Below, piece after piece: positions 1 through 8,502 of a stretch of 64,000 nucleotides of DNA. The notes beneath the pieces were generated by a model. The model was given only the letters and a program-made list of their open reading frames with translations, had not been told where the DNA came from and made no database searches. Origin of the DNA: an uncultured virus (IMG/VR IMGVR_UViG_3300027832_000011) (taxonomy: Duplodnaviria; Heunggongvirae; Uroviricota; Caudoviricetes); the IMG/VR virus record IMGVR_UViG_3300027832_000011, positions 1 to 64,000 of that record; one strand, 5' to 3'. A program made the position numbers and the translations under genes. The stretch's first letter is position 1, and each line of letters starts with the position of its first letter.

Positions 1-42
1 CACGGGTTTGGCAAAATGGCTGTTTAGTTCTTCTATCAACAT
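1..42 (-). CDS. 5' end of an ORF starting inside the hairpin (MLIEELNSHFAKPV...), runs off window
   Basis: ATG at 42-40; same 14 codons as the N-terminus of ORF 3802-4491. Confidence 0.55.
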   Translation of the reverse strand, partial: MLIEELNSHFAKPV

Positions 43-116
43 TTGTTTTTAATTTTTAAGTTTAGTTTTTCAATTTAGCATTCGGTTCAGCCACTTCGCC
101 AAGCCCGAACCCGTTA
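1..116. repeat. attC-like hairpin, exact direct-repeat copy of 4450-4565 (left end cut by window)
   Basis: 116 nt identical to 4450-4565; arms cgggtttggcaaaatggctg / cagccacttcgccaagcccg; ends in GTTA. Confidence 0.9.
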
Positions 117-908
117 GTGGCAATACTCCAAAGCCCTCCGAACAGCTATATCGAAATATTGTTTTTCCTTTTCTATCCCTATTGATTTGCGATTTAATTT
201 GATACAAGCCAAATTAGTTGTCCCTGACCCCATCGTATTGTCTAAAACTATATCGCCTTTATCAGTATAAGATTTCACAAGCATTTCAAGTAAAGCAATA
301 GGTTTTTGTGTCGGGTGAATAGTTCCATCAAGTTTAGTTTTCTGTTTATCCGAAGCAAATACTTGTACGCTTCGTGGGTATCTATCAGTTTCTCCACCAC
401 CGCTTACGTCTTGTTTTACTTTTCCATATACTTCTGTTTTATTACAAACTTCCGCTCTTTTTGTATAAGTATTTATAGGGCTATGCCCTTCGGTTTTTTG
501 TGGGTTAAACTTTGGGCTTTTCTTATAAAACACTAAAATATTTTCGTGTGCTTTCATAGGCATTTTCTTTGCGTTAAAATATCCAGTTGCCTGTGTTTTC
601 TCCCAAATCCATTCGTATTTTAACCATTCTAAATTTGAGCATCCAAGCACTTTATCAAATGGTGTTTGAGCAAATAAAATCACTACCCCATTTTTTTTAA
701 GTATTCTTTTGTATTGCTCCCAAAGTTTTCCCAAATCTAAAACCGAATCCCATTTGCAGTTAGTAGTTCCGTAAGGTAAATCACAAATTATGGCATCAAT
801 AGTATTGTCCTCTATAAAAGGAAAAATATCGAAGCAATCAGCATTAAGAAAAGTACTGCCACTAACATCGGTTTGGCAAAATTGGGGGTTTATTGGTTTA
901 TTAAACAT
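114..908 (-). CDS. DNA methyltransferase, N4-C/N6-A (beta class)
   Basis: DLPYG catalytic motif, HPTQKP, VLDNTMGSGTT SAM-binding motif, IGIE. Confidence 0.93.
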   Translation of the reverse strand: MFNKPINPQFCQTDVSGSTFLNADCFDIFPFIEDNTIDAIICDLPYGTTNCKWDSVLDLGKLWEQYKRILKKNGVVILFAQTPFDKVLGCSNLEWLKYEWIWEKTQATGYFNAKKMPMKAHENILVFYKKSPKFNPQKTEGHSPINTYTKRAEVCNKTEVYGKVKQDVSGGGETDRYPRSVQVFASDKQKTKLDGTIHPTQKPIALLEMLVKSYTDKGDIVLDNTMGSGTTNLACIKLNRKSIGIEKEKQYFDIAVRRALEYCH

Positions 909-988
909 TTATGATTTTAATTAACATTAGTGATAATTTGAGCGTTTCGTTTTCAAAGCCCCCAACTTCGCCAAGTCGAGGCTTGTTA
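863..988. repeat. attC-like hairpin
   Basis: TAAC-atcggtttggcaaaattggggg ... cccccaacttcgccaagtcgaggctt-GTTA. Confidence 0.85.
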
Positions 989-1192
989 GGCGACAGCTTC
1001 CACTACCGCAGAAAGTAAGCCGTAAAATTCAGGATTTCCACAATTTGGGCAAACTAAATTAGTCCAACCTTCACTATCTTTTTGCTTTGCTTTTTGTTCG
1101 TCTGTACCTTGCCATTTACATTTCTTTTTTGAGCATTCGTAATGTGTGATTTTAACTTTATCAGACATTATTGAGTATTTGCGTTTTGCCAT
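986..1192 (-). CDS. small Zn-ribbon-like protein
   Basis: CxxxxC...CPNC. Confidence 0.7.
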   Translation of the reverse strand: MAKRKYSIMSDKVKITHYECSKKKCKWQGTDEQKAKQKDSEGWTNLVCPNCGNPEFYGLLSAVVEAVA

Positions 1193-1464
1193 TACGATTG
1201 ATTTATAGTTTCAGAATCTTCATACAAAGGCTTTCCAATAAATGGGCAAAATTTTGCGTAAACCATCATTTCTTTGTAAGTCTTAGAATAGTTTTCTCCT
1301 TTTTTTGTTCGATACATACACGGTATCATTAAATGCCTGCCTTCTGTACTTCCTAAGAAAAAAGTTGAAGCATTAAAACCCGCTTGAGGGTCGTTTGTTT
1401 TTTCTCTAACTGCTTTTTCAGTTTCCGTAATTGCACTCCAATTTTCTGAAATTTTCTTTTCCAT
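1192..1464 (-). CDS. hypothetical phage protein
   Basis: 90 aa ORF coupled to 986-1192; FCPF motif. Confidence 0.7.
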   Translation of the reverse strand: MEKKISENWSAITETEKAVREKTNDPQAGFNASTFFLGSTEGRHLMIPCMYRTKKGENYSKTYKEMMVYAKFCPFIGKPLYEDSETINQS

Positions 1465-1520
1465 TTTTGTATTTATTTAATAATTAATATTTGTTGTTGT
1501 AAATAAAAAGCCGAATCGCC

Positions 1521-1646
1521 TAACACGTGTTTTGCGACATTGTGAGTTTGCTGGTTCAATCGTGTTCAGTGTTCGCATTATATTTATTTTTGAGTTCATG
1601 TTTAATTTTTCCGAAGTTCACAACCTCGCAAAGCACGGAAACGTTA
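1521..1646. repeat. attC-like hairpin
   Basis: TAAC-acgtgttttgcgacattgtgag ... ttcacaacctcgcaaagcacggaaac-GTTA. Confidence 0.85.
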
Positions 1647-1655
1647 TAAGCAACC

Positions 1656-1976
1656 CTAAAACAAGCGTAACGACCTGAACCAATTTAAAATTCTATTCTT
1701 TTCACCGAGAGGATAACCCCATTTTCCAGTAACAATAAAGGCAAACGGTAACGCTATAAGCATTAGTAACATAAGCACAATTGCGAACGGTAACGTTAAT
1801 CGCATCCACACGTTTACAGGTGTCTTTTTTTCAGTGAAGAAATCAACTCCTAATTCTTGCCATCTATCACACATTTCTTCGCTAGGCACTTTGTTTAATT
1901 CAGGGAATATTTCTCTGAATTTTGGAATGTAATTCGCATCGTTGTGCGACCAAGTCCGTTTTAATTTTCTATACAT
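1656..1976 (-). CDS. hypothetical membrane protein
   Basis: 106 aa with one long hydrophobic segment. Confidence 0.7.
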   Translation of the reverse strand: MYRKLKRTWSHNDANYIPKFREIFPELNKVPSEEMCDRWQELGVDFFTEKKTPVNVWMRLTLPFAIVLMLLMLIALPFAFIVTGKWGYPLGEKNRILNWFRSLRLF

Positions 1977-2018
1977 ATTTTAGTTTTAATTGATTAATTC
2001 CGAAAGAAGGGCAGCTTA

Positions 2019-2081
2019 TAACCGCACCTACACGCAATTTTTGTGAAAAACAAAAACTGCAAGTGTAGCTGCGAAGCGTTA
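2019..2081. repeat. attC-like hairpin (short)
   Basis: TAAC-cgcacctacacgca ... tgcaagtgtagctgcgaagc-GTTA. Confidence 0.85.
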
Positions 2082-2091
2082 TAAGAAATAG

Positions 2092-2283
2092 CTAACTAAT
2101 ATCTATTTCATTACCACTTTTAGGATGAACTCGCATGTAATCGTCAGTTCCATCTAAAGATATTTTATTGATTGTTAATCTACCATCTATTGATTCAGAT
2201 AACCTATATCTATTGCCGTTTATCTCTATGGTAGCATTTCTAACTTCGATGTATTCTTCGTCCCTTTTTATTTGTATTTTCAT
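2092..2283 (-). CDS. hypothetical protein
   Basis: 63 aa ORF filling one cassette unit. Confidence 0.7.
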   Translation of the reverse strand: MKIQIKRDEEYIEVRNATIEINGNRYRLSESIDGRLTINKISLDGTDDYMRVHPKSGNEIDIS

Positions 2284-2318
2284 AATTACTTTTGGTTTAA
2301 TTTACCCGCTACTTCTTA

Positions 2319-2392
2319 TAACAGGTGTTTGTAAATACCAGCCGAATTTATGTTGGTGTGTAGGCTGGCATCTACAAGCAACGGGAACGTTA
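2319..2392. repeat. attC-like hairpin (short)
   Basis: TAAC-aggtgtttgtaaataccagcc ... ggctggcatctacaagcaacgggaac-GTTA. Confidence 0.85.
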
Positions 2393-2401
2393 TGTGCAAG
2401 G

Positions 2402-2839
2402 CTACTTCTCGTTTTCAAAACAACCTATTCTCTCAAGATAATTCTCAATTGTTTTCCAACAAGCAAATGGTCTTTGAGATAATTCTAAATTGTAAATTAA
2501 AGGGCAACCTAGCGCACTATCATCAATCATTAATTCAGCATAACTTTTCGGAGAAGTTGTCCAATTTAATTGTGTTGGATTTTTTTGAATACCGTAAAGT
2601 TTAATTTCATTTTGATTAAACCAATTTACAGCATCTGTTAAAAATTTACCTGTAACATTTTGAATTGTTGGGTCAATAACTGGTTTTGCTTCTTTTCTGT
2701 CTGAACGCATAGTAAATAATATTAATTGATGTCCGTTATCAACTAATCTTTTTAATACTTTTTCAGCACCAATACCTTTTCCAATATTTGGGAAATCGTG
2801 AGTTACACAAGTTCCGTCAAAATCAATATTTATTGTCAT
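2402..2839 (-). CDS. HAD-superfamily phage protein
   Basis: IDFDGT motif I, LILFT-R, MIDD motif IV. Confidence 0.8.
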   Translation of the reverse strand: MTINIDFDGTCVTHDFPNIGKGIGAEKVLKRLVDNGHQLILFTMRSDRKEAKPVIDPTIQNVTGKFLTDAVNWFNQNEIKLYGIQKNPTQLNWTTSPKSYAELMIDDSALGCPLIYNLELSQRPFACWKTIENYLERIGCFENEK

Positions 2840-2868
2840 AATTTAGTTTTAATTACCCGTCCAGCACA

Positions 2869-3141
2869 TAACAAGTGTTTGGCAAAAAAGCGGGTTTGGT
2901 TTATAATTCAAGTTTTTTTATTCTAATTGCGTTTATTGGTTTCTGAAAATCTCGTTTTCGAAATCCGCTTCTTCGCAAAGCACTCGGACGATGAGAAAAA
3001 GACTCCGTCTTTCCCTCATCAAGCCTCGACTACGTCGGACGACGAGAAAAGTCCTTTCAGTCCTTCTCTCATCTCCAACTTGGACTCATTTCTTTCGAGA
3101 GAAATCTCTCTCAGAAACGAAGACCAAGTCGAGGCTTGTTA
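2869..3141. repeat. compound attC-like hairpins with variant GAT/ATC cores and two ORF-less mini-units
   Basis: Hairpin 2869-2992 ends GATGAG; tcggacgaYgagaaaa at 2984 and 3035; ttcYctcatc at 3011 and 3064; ccaagtcgaggcttgtta at 3124 identical to 971. Confidence 0.7.
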
Positions 3142-3150
3142 TAGGAAATA

Positions 3151-3705
3151 TTATTTTTTCAGAACGTTCTCGAATACTATGACGTTTTCCAAAACATTAC
3201 TACATAAAAATACACTTGAAAAAGGTGGATTTAAACTTGGTTTTTGGTCGTCATAACTTTTAAAATAACTTATTCTTTTATCGAAATACATTACTTCAAT
3301 TTTATTATTCTTAAACATTTCAAATCGTTTTTTACTTTCAAACAATCCTACAACTCCAACAAGCATTGCAAATGGTATTCCTAATTCAAATAGTTTCAAA
3401 AAAACTTATGCTTTTATTGAGTAAGGTGGATTTGAAATAATATAATCAAAATTTTTACACTTTTCTTTATTTGCGTCAAAAAAATCAAAACCATCTTCAA
3501 TATGGCTATTGCTCACAATATGTCCTTGTTTGGTTAATAATTTCACAAAGTTACTTTCTTTAGTATCAAATGGACACCATATTTTACTATTTGATTTTAA
3601 GTGTTTTAATAATGGTTCAATCGCATAAGTTGGAGTGTAAAACTCATCATTTGGATTTATTTTTCCTTGCTTTTCAGCTTTGTTTGTAATCAAATCTAAT
3701 TTCAT
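3151..3705 (-). pseudogene. adenine methyltransferase-like gene (NPPY) interrupted by one in-frame TAA
   Basis: NDEFYTP, WCPFD, DFF, ISNPPYSIKA*VFLKLFELGIPFAML; ORFs 3406-3705 and 3151-3399 are in the same frame. Confidence 0.8.
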
Positions 3706-3743
3706 ATTTAGTTAATTTAGTTTATAAAAAATAATACATCCTA

Positions 3744-3804
3744 TAACAGCACCTAACCAAAATTTTTGCAAGGGCAAAAACTATCGGTTAGCTGCAAAAC
3801 GTTA
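3744..3804. repeat. attC-like hairpin (short)
   Basis: TAAC-agcacctaacc..tttttgc/gcaaaaa..ggttagctgcaaaac-GTTA. Confidence 0.85.
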
Positions 3805-4491
3805 TCGGCAAGCGTAAGACGACCACTGCACAGCCATAGCGTTTGCAATTCCATCAAATGTTTTGCTTCTTAATTTTGCTCTTTCATCTTTCGGTAACTT
3901 CCAAGCATCGGCATACCAAGTAGGCATACTTTTACCGCTCGCAAATTCAGTTCGTTTGGGTGGCTCAACAATATTTGTTGGTTCTAATTTTGGCAATCCT
4001 TTCAACCATAAGCAAGTCTTTTTTTCAAACGCATCGCCAAATTGATAAGGGTTTATAATTTGGTCAGGTTTTCGCCATTCACTACTCATTATGCCTACGG
4101 GGTTTTCAATCGCTATAAATTTGCAATCAGCATCAGCAAACATTTTAAAGAATTTAATTGCAAACTCTCTGTCTTTGTGCCTTTGTATTGCTTGTTCTCC
4201 ATAGCGTTCAATATTAAACCATCTATTCCCTGTTACGGTAATATAAGTGCAAGGCGGAAACGCAATTATCATATCCCATTTTAATTTTAGCAAGTCTGTT
4301 ACATCTTCTTGTAAATGCCATTCAGGGTGTCCACCACTTTCAGGCAGTAAATCACAGCTAAATGCTTCGTGTCCTAATTTGCGTAACTCCTTTGTAACAG
4401 ATTGGCTTTCCTCACAAGCAACAAGCACTCGGAGAACGCCAGCCGATAACACGGGTTTGGCAAAATGGCTGTTTAGTTCTTCTATCAACAT
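3802..4491 (-). CDS. phage DNA cytosine methyltransferase-like protein
   Basis: VLVACEES, SCDL, AFPPCT (PC motif), IENP, KKTCLWL, RSKTF. Confidence 0.8.
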   Translation of the reverse strand: MLIEELNSHFAKPVLSAGVLRVLVACEESQSVTKELRKLGHEAFSCDLLPESGGHPEWHLQEDVTDLLKLKWDMIIAFPPCTYITVTGNRWFNIERYGEQAIQRHKDREFAIKFFKMFADADCKFIAIENPVGIMSSEWRKPDQIINPYQFGDAFEKKTCLWLKGLPKLEPTNIVEPPKRTEFASGKSMPTWYADAWKLPKDERAKLRSKTFDGIANAMAVQWSSYACR

Positions 4492-4565
4492 TTGTTTTTA
4501 ATTTTTAAGTTTAGTTTTTCAATTTAGCATTCGGTTCAGCCACTTCGCCAAGCCCGAACCCGTTA
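4447..4565. repeat. attC-like hairpin, identical to 1-116
   Basis: Exact direct repeat; contains the ATG (4491) of the neighbouring gene. Confidence 0.9.
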
Positions 4566-4632
4566 TATGAAATAGGGTGGCAGAGCTTCGATTGAACATT
4601 CTGTTAGAAAAATCAAATAAAAGCCCAACCAC

Positions 4633-4698
4633 TAACAGCATATATAAAAAATGGTGGGTTCGCTATTTACGTAACAGACACAAAGCGATGGACCGTTA
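4633..4698. repeat. attC-like site with non-matching (chimeric) arms
   Basis: TAAC-agcatatata ... gatggacc-GTTA; arms pair poorly. Confidence 0.6.
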
Positions 4699-4702
4699 TA
4701 GG

Positions 4703-5038
4703 TTATTTTAGAACAGACCCTAATAAGTCCAACATTTCCTCAATAGACCAATCTTTTTTTACAAATTTGTAAGACCCATTTTTTAACTCTTTAAATTTTG
4801 GGAAAAGGTAAAATTCGTGAATAACGCTTCTAAACTCTTTACCTATAAAAGAAATTTCATACCCTGTTTTTTCAAAGTGTTTGTTTAATTTATTTGACAG
4901 TCTTGTGCATTTGTTTTCTGTGTCGGCTTTTTGCCAGCACTTTAAAAACGGAATATATTTTCCTTCTTCCCAAAGCGGGTAAGTGATAAATTCTTCACTT
5001 ATGAATGGTATTAATTTTTCTATTTTTTGATTTATCAT
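4703..5038 (-). CDS. hypothetical protein
   Basis: 111 aa ORF filling unit 4695-5077. Confidence 0.7.
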   Translation of the reverse strand: MINQKIEKLIPFISEEFITYPLWEEGKYIPFLKCWQKADTENKCTRLSNKLNKHFEKTGYEISFIGKEFRSVIHEFYLFPKFKELKNGSYKFVKKDWSIEEMLDLLGSVLK

Positions 5039-5073
5039 ATTTTTAAATTTAATTCGTGAATAAAAACAACCTA

Positions 5074-5150
5074 TAACGCACGCTTGGTAAAAGTGGTGGT
5101 TTGAAAATTTGCGCTTCTATGCCCCACCTGACACAAACCCGAAAACGTTG
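5074..5150. repeat. attC-like site (degenerate)
   Basis: TAAC-gcacgcttggtaaaagtgg ... ccacctgacacaaacccgaaaac-GTTG. Confidence 0.65.
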
Positions 5151-5174
5151 TGTGTAAGACTAAGATTTCCTTTA

Positions 5175-5360
5175 TTAACACGATTGGTCGCATCCGTTAC
5201 CTAAACAACAAGATAATCCACACCAACCTGTTTTATTATCGTAAATTTCATCACATTCTTCGCAAATATCTTTTCCAGTGTATTCACCATATTTATCACA
5301 ATACTCATCGCATCCTTCGCAATATAATTGACATTGTTATGTTTTTTCGTAACTTTTCAT
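5175..5360 (-). pseudogene. Cys-rich small protein gene with TAA at codon 8 (not in ORF track)
   Basis: MKSYEKT*QCQLYCEGCDEYCDKYGEYTGKDICEECDEIYDNKTGWCGLSCCLGNGCDQSC*. Confidence 0.65.
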
Positions 5361-5399
5361 AATATATTTAGTTTTATAAACCCACCAAGCACTAGGACG

Positions 5400-5669
5400 T
5401 TAGTGGTAATTTAATAGAACGGCAGACTTTAGATTACTCGCACCATCTGACGTGTCTATAAACATTCCATAATTGAAGTAAAGATTATTTTTAGTTTGTA
5501 AAATAATTTCCTTTGTTCTTGTCTTTACTTCAACAATTTCAAACACCTTAAATCGAAATGATTTTCTTGGGTAGTCGTGCATATCTCGGTGAAATTCACA
5601 AGCTATTGTGTCGCCTTTTTGCAAACCTTCAAAGTCTGCTACTGTTTTTAATTCTTTACTTTGTATCAT
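5400..5669 (-). CDS. hypothetical protein
   Basis: 89 aa; stop codon is the TTA of a GTTA core at 5399. Confidence 0.7.
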   Translation of the reverse strand: MIQSKELKTVADFEGLQKGDTIACEFHRDMHDYPRKSFRFKVFEIVEVKTRTKEIILQTKNNLYFNYGMFIDTSDGASNLKSAVLLNYH

Positions 5670-5844
5670 TTTTGGTACTTTACGAGTGTTTTGTCGATTA
5701 AAAATCTAACCTTAAATCTTCCTAAATTGTCAGTTTTTATAGTTTGTTTGGAGTTCTCCCCAAGTCTATTTTTAAAATCTATTGCGTGTTTTTCACTATA
5801 AAAAACTTTAGTCGCATATTTTTGAATCCCTTTCATAATTAAAG

Positions 5845-6339
5845 CTACTTATAATATTGGTGAATAGAATGTCGTTTTTCGTTTTGAGAATCAATTTTAT
5901 TAGAATGCCCGATAAACCATATTCCATTTGATTTTTTACACCACAATTTTTTATTATTTACTGTTCTTTGAAAAATCCCATCAGTTTCTTTTTCTTTTCT
6001 TGTATTGAAAGCATTCCATTTGTATTTACCGTAGGCAATAAATAACGTTATAGTTGATTCTCCTTTTATCTCATCAATTCTATGATAACAGGAATGCTTT
6101 CTTTTTATAATTGATAAAAAACCATGGCTACGCACTTTTTCAATCTTATTCTCTATAAAAGTTTCACTGTACCCACCTTTTAAAATTATTGATATATAGT
6201 TGAATGGGTGATTATGAAAAAGAGTTGTTCTGTCTTTATCAGTAATTTTATGTAATCTTATATGTAAATTTCTGATTTTTACTAAAGTGTATCTCTGTAA
6301 AAAATCTTTAATGTTTGTGTATGGTTTGAATAAAGTCAT
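5845..6339 (-). CDS. cupin-like phage protein
   Basis: LH...FHNHPF..ISIILKGGYSE...HRI...TLF pattern. Confidence 0.65.
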   Translation of the reverse strand: MTLFKPYTNIKDFLQRYTLVKIRNLHIRLHKITDKDRTTLFHNHPFNYISIILKGGYSETFIENKIEKVRSHGFLSIIKRKHSCYHRIDEIKGESTITLFIAYGKYKWNAFNTRKEKETDGIFQRTVNNKKLWCKKSNGIWFIGHSNKIDSQNEKRHSIHQYYK

Positions 6340-6508
6340 TCTATTAAAATTTATTGTTTAATAATCCGAAACGAGAGCATAACAACACCTAAACAAGATG
6401 ATTGGCTCGGTGCTTCGTTTTAAAGTTTATCGTTTGAATTACCCATTGTTCTTCTTATTAAAATCAACCACCTCGTTTAGCTTCGAAAAGTAACTGTCTA
6501 TGCTGCAA

Positions 6509-6859
6509 TTAAGTAATTAAGAAAATTTTAAAATCTAATAGTTGCTTTTCCGCTTCTTCTAAAGTGTGAAAGCTTCCTAACCCTATTGTTTTACCTTTAA
6601 ACTCCATAGACACATAAAACAATCTGTTTTTTTTATTATAATATATTCTTTTTGGCATTATTTTACTATGTTCATTATAAAATAATTTACTAAATTCAGA
6701 ATAAATATTATAATCTAAATCTTCAATACCTGTGCTTTTACCTAAAGATAATTGTTTTTTATTAACTCTATCGTAAAATTTTATATACCCGTTAATGTCT
6801 ATTCTGATAAATTTCATAATATTTTTTATTTTTAAAACCCGCACAAATGATAACAGCAT
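6509..6859 (-). CDS. AP2-like DNA-binding domain protein
   Basis: C-terminal FYVSMEFKGKTIGLGSFHTLEEA. Confidence 0.55.
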   Translation of the reverse strand: MLLSFVRVLKIKNIMKFIRIDINGYIKFYDRVNKKQLSLGKSTGIEDLDYNIYSEFSKLFYNEHSKIMPKRIYYNKKNRLFYVSMEFKGKTIGLGSFHTLEEAEKQLLDFKIFLIT

Positions 6860-6941
6860 ATTTGCGCTATTGCCGTACTAGGATTTGGTTGTTATTTTGT
6901 ATTTCAATAAATTCGGTATTTTATAACTTCAGGTAGGTTTT

Positions 6942-7220
6942 TTACATTAACTTTATTTTAAGGTTTTTAAGTATTTCTTTCCCAATTATCACATCAACTT
7001 CTTTATGATGTTTTATGTCGTCATATTGCTCTTTAAATTGCCATTCGCACTTATCTTTTATTTGTTCTGTGTATCCATCACGTATTACACCATACACTGA
7101 TTGTAACGCATATTCCTCATCCTTTATAGTATCATCATAAACATATCCTTTAATGTTTTGGGAAAATATTTTCTGAATATCAATTTCAACTTCTGTTTCT
7201 ATTTTAAACTTCATTACCAT
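6942..7220 (-). CDS. hypothetical protein
   Basis: 92 aa ORF in array. Confidence 0.65.
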   Translation of the reverse strand: MVMKFKIETEVEIDIQKIFSQNIKGYVYDDTIKDEEYALQSVYGVIRDGYTEQIKDKCEWQFKEQYDDIKHHKEVDVIIGKEILKNLKIKLM

Positions 7221-7348
7221 AATAAAAGCTACTTATAACAGCAATTACACGCAATTGCTACATTGTGATTAATTTAATGTTTATTTTGTACCTTTCAAAT
7301 CCGTGTTAATCTGAAAGATGGGTTTTGTGTTTTTACGCAACGGGAATG

Positions 7349-7636
7349 TTAGCGGTAATGCTTCCTAAAATACCATAAACAAGCAGTTAATGATTCCCAT
7401 CCTATTTCTTCACCAACTCTAATCCAAGTATCTCTATCAAACTCCGCACCTTCCCATCTGCTTGTATATTTCTTTATTACCTCAAGATTGTTTTTTGTCA
7501 ACCCAAATGTAACTTTAGCACTACCAATAACATCGGTTTTATTCAATTCCGAATCTTGTGGTATATTCAAATCTTCCTTCATAATTACGTTTTGTTTAAA
7601 ATTAAAATTTAGTTTTTTAAGTTCGGTACTAAACAA
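7349..7636 (-). CDS. hypothetical protein (true start possibly the later ATG, MKEDL)
   Basis: stop at GTTA core 7348; N-terminus (LNKTDVIGS) read through a hairpin arm. Confidence 0.6.
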   Translation of the reverse strand: MFSTELKKLNFNFKQNVIMKEDLNIPQDSELNKTDVIGSAKVTFGLTKNNLEVIKKYTSRWEGAEFDRDTWIRVGEEIGWESLTACLWYFRKHYR

Positions 7637-7815
7637 AGCCGAAAATCTTATCGGTAAGGATTATTAAAATCTATTTCGATAACCATATATCGTTTGATAG
7701 TTATAGTTGGTTTAATATGTGGATACTTTAGTAATTCTAACAATCTTCTTATCATAATTTAAACTTTTGTATTTCAATGCCGCTACTGACAGCAACACTC
7801 GAACGTTATGACCAA

Positions 7816-8121
7816 TTATCTAACCGAAACCTCGACCCAATAACAACCGCTTATGTTTGAAAGTTTATTCCATCTTTCAAATTTAGTGTGAATATGTTCA
7901 TCAGATATCCAAGTCATTATTCCGTATTTTTGCGTCTCAAATTGTTTATAATAGGCTTTCCATTTTTTTAAAATTTTATTAAATTTGGTACAATATTTAG
8001 TAGCTGTTGTTTTCTTACTTGTTGTGAAAATTACAACGTCAAAGTCATTTTCATAACTTCCACCCGAATATCTAACCAAGTAATAACTGGTCATAACGGC
8101 TTGTTTATTCAATTGTGGCAT
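7816..8121 (-). CDS. hypothetical protein
   Basis: 101 aa; unit bounded by GTTATGACCA/TGGTCATAAC. Confidence 0.7.
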   Translation of the reverse strand: MPQLNKQAVMTSYYLVRYSGGSYENDFDVVIFTTSKKTTATKYCTKFNKILKKWKAYYKQFETQKYGIMTWISDEHIHTKFERWNKLSNISGCYWVEVSVR

Positions 8122-8146
8122 GGTTGATTAATTTATTGATTAGTTA

Positions 8147-8290
8147 ATTTTTGTTATTGTTAAATCTCTCATAAGTCCTATATTTTAGTGTTTCGCTTTA
8201 TTGCTGGTGTAAAGATACAACCAATATTTATATAAACAACACTTTTTTGTGATTATTTTTAAAATATTTACTAATTTAACATAAATCAGC
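8147..8290 (-). promoter_or_regulatory. repeated promoter-like block (copies at about 9586-9670 and 10256-10400)
   Basis: ~140 nt near-identical to 10256-10400; minus strand carries TTGTATCTTTAC resembling the Bacteroidota -7 box. Confidence 0.65.
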
Positions 8291-8502
8291 AACGTTGCGA
8301 AGCAAATTACCGTTATGTGTAATGGCTACGGAACATCTACCCAAGCCGCTGCTATTTTGAAACTTAATTCTTTTTTTAGAGTCTAATTTTGAAAATACTT
8401 CTATTATTTGATTTGTTTTCATAAATTTAAATATTTTTATATGAAATTAGTAACTGTAAATATAACTTTCCAAATTTTACCACTTATTATAGCTGTGAAA
8501 CG

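Noticed and set aside
2927..3256. + strand ORFs 2927-3256 and 2991-3182
   Set aside because: They run across repeat and hairpin DNA and antisense to a real gene; the apparent peptide repeat (SDDEK) just mirrors the DNA repeat.
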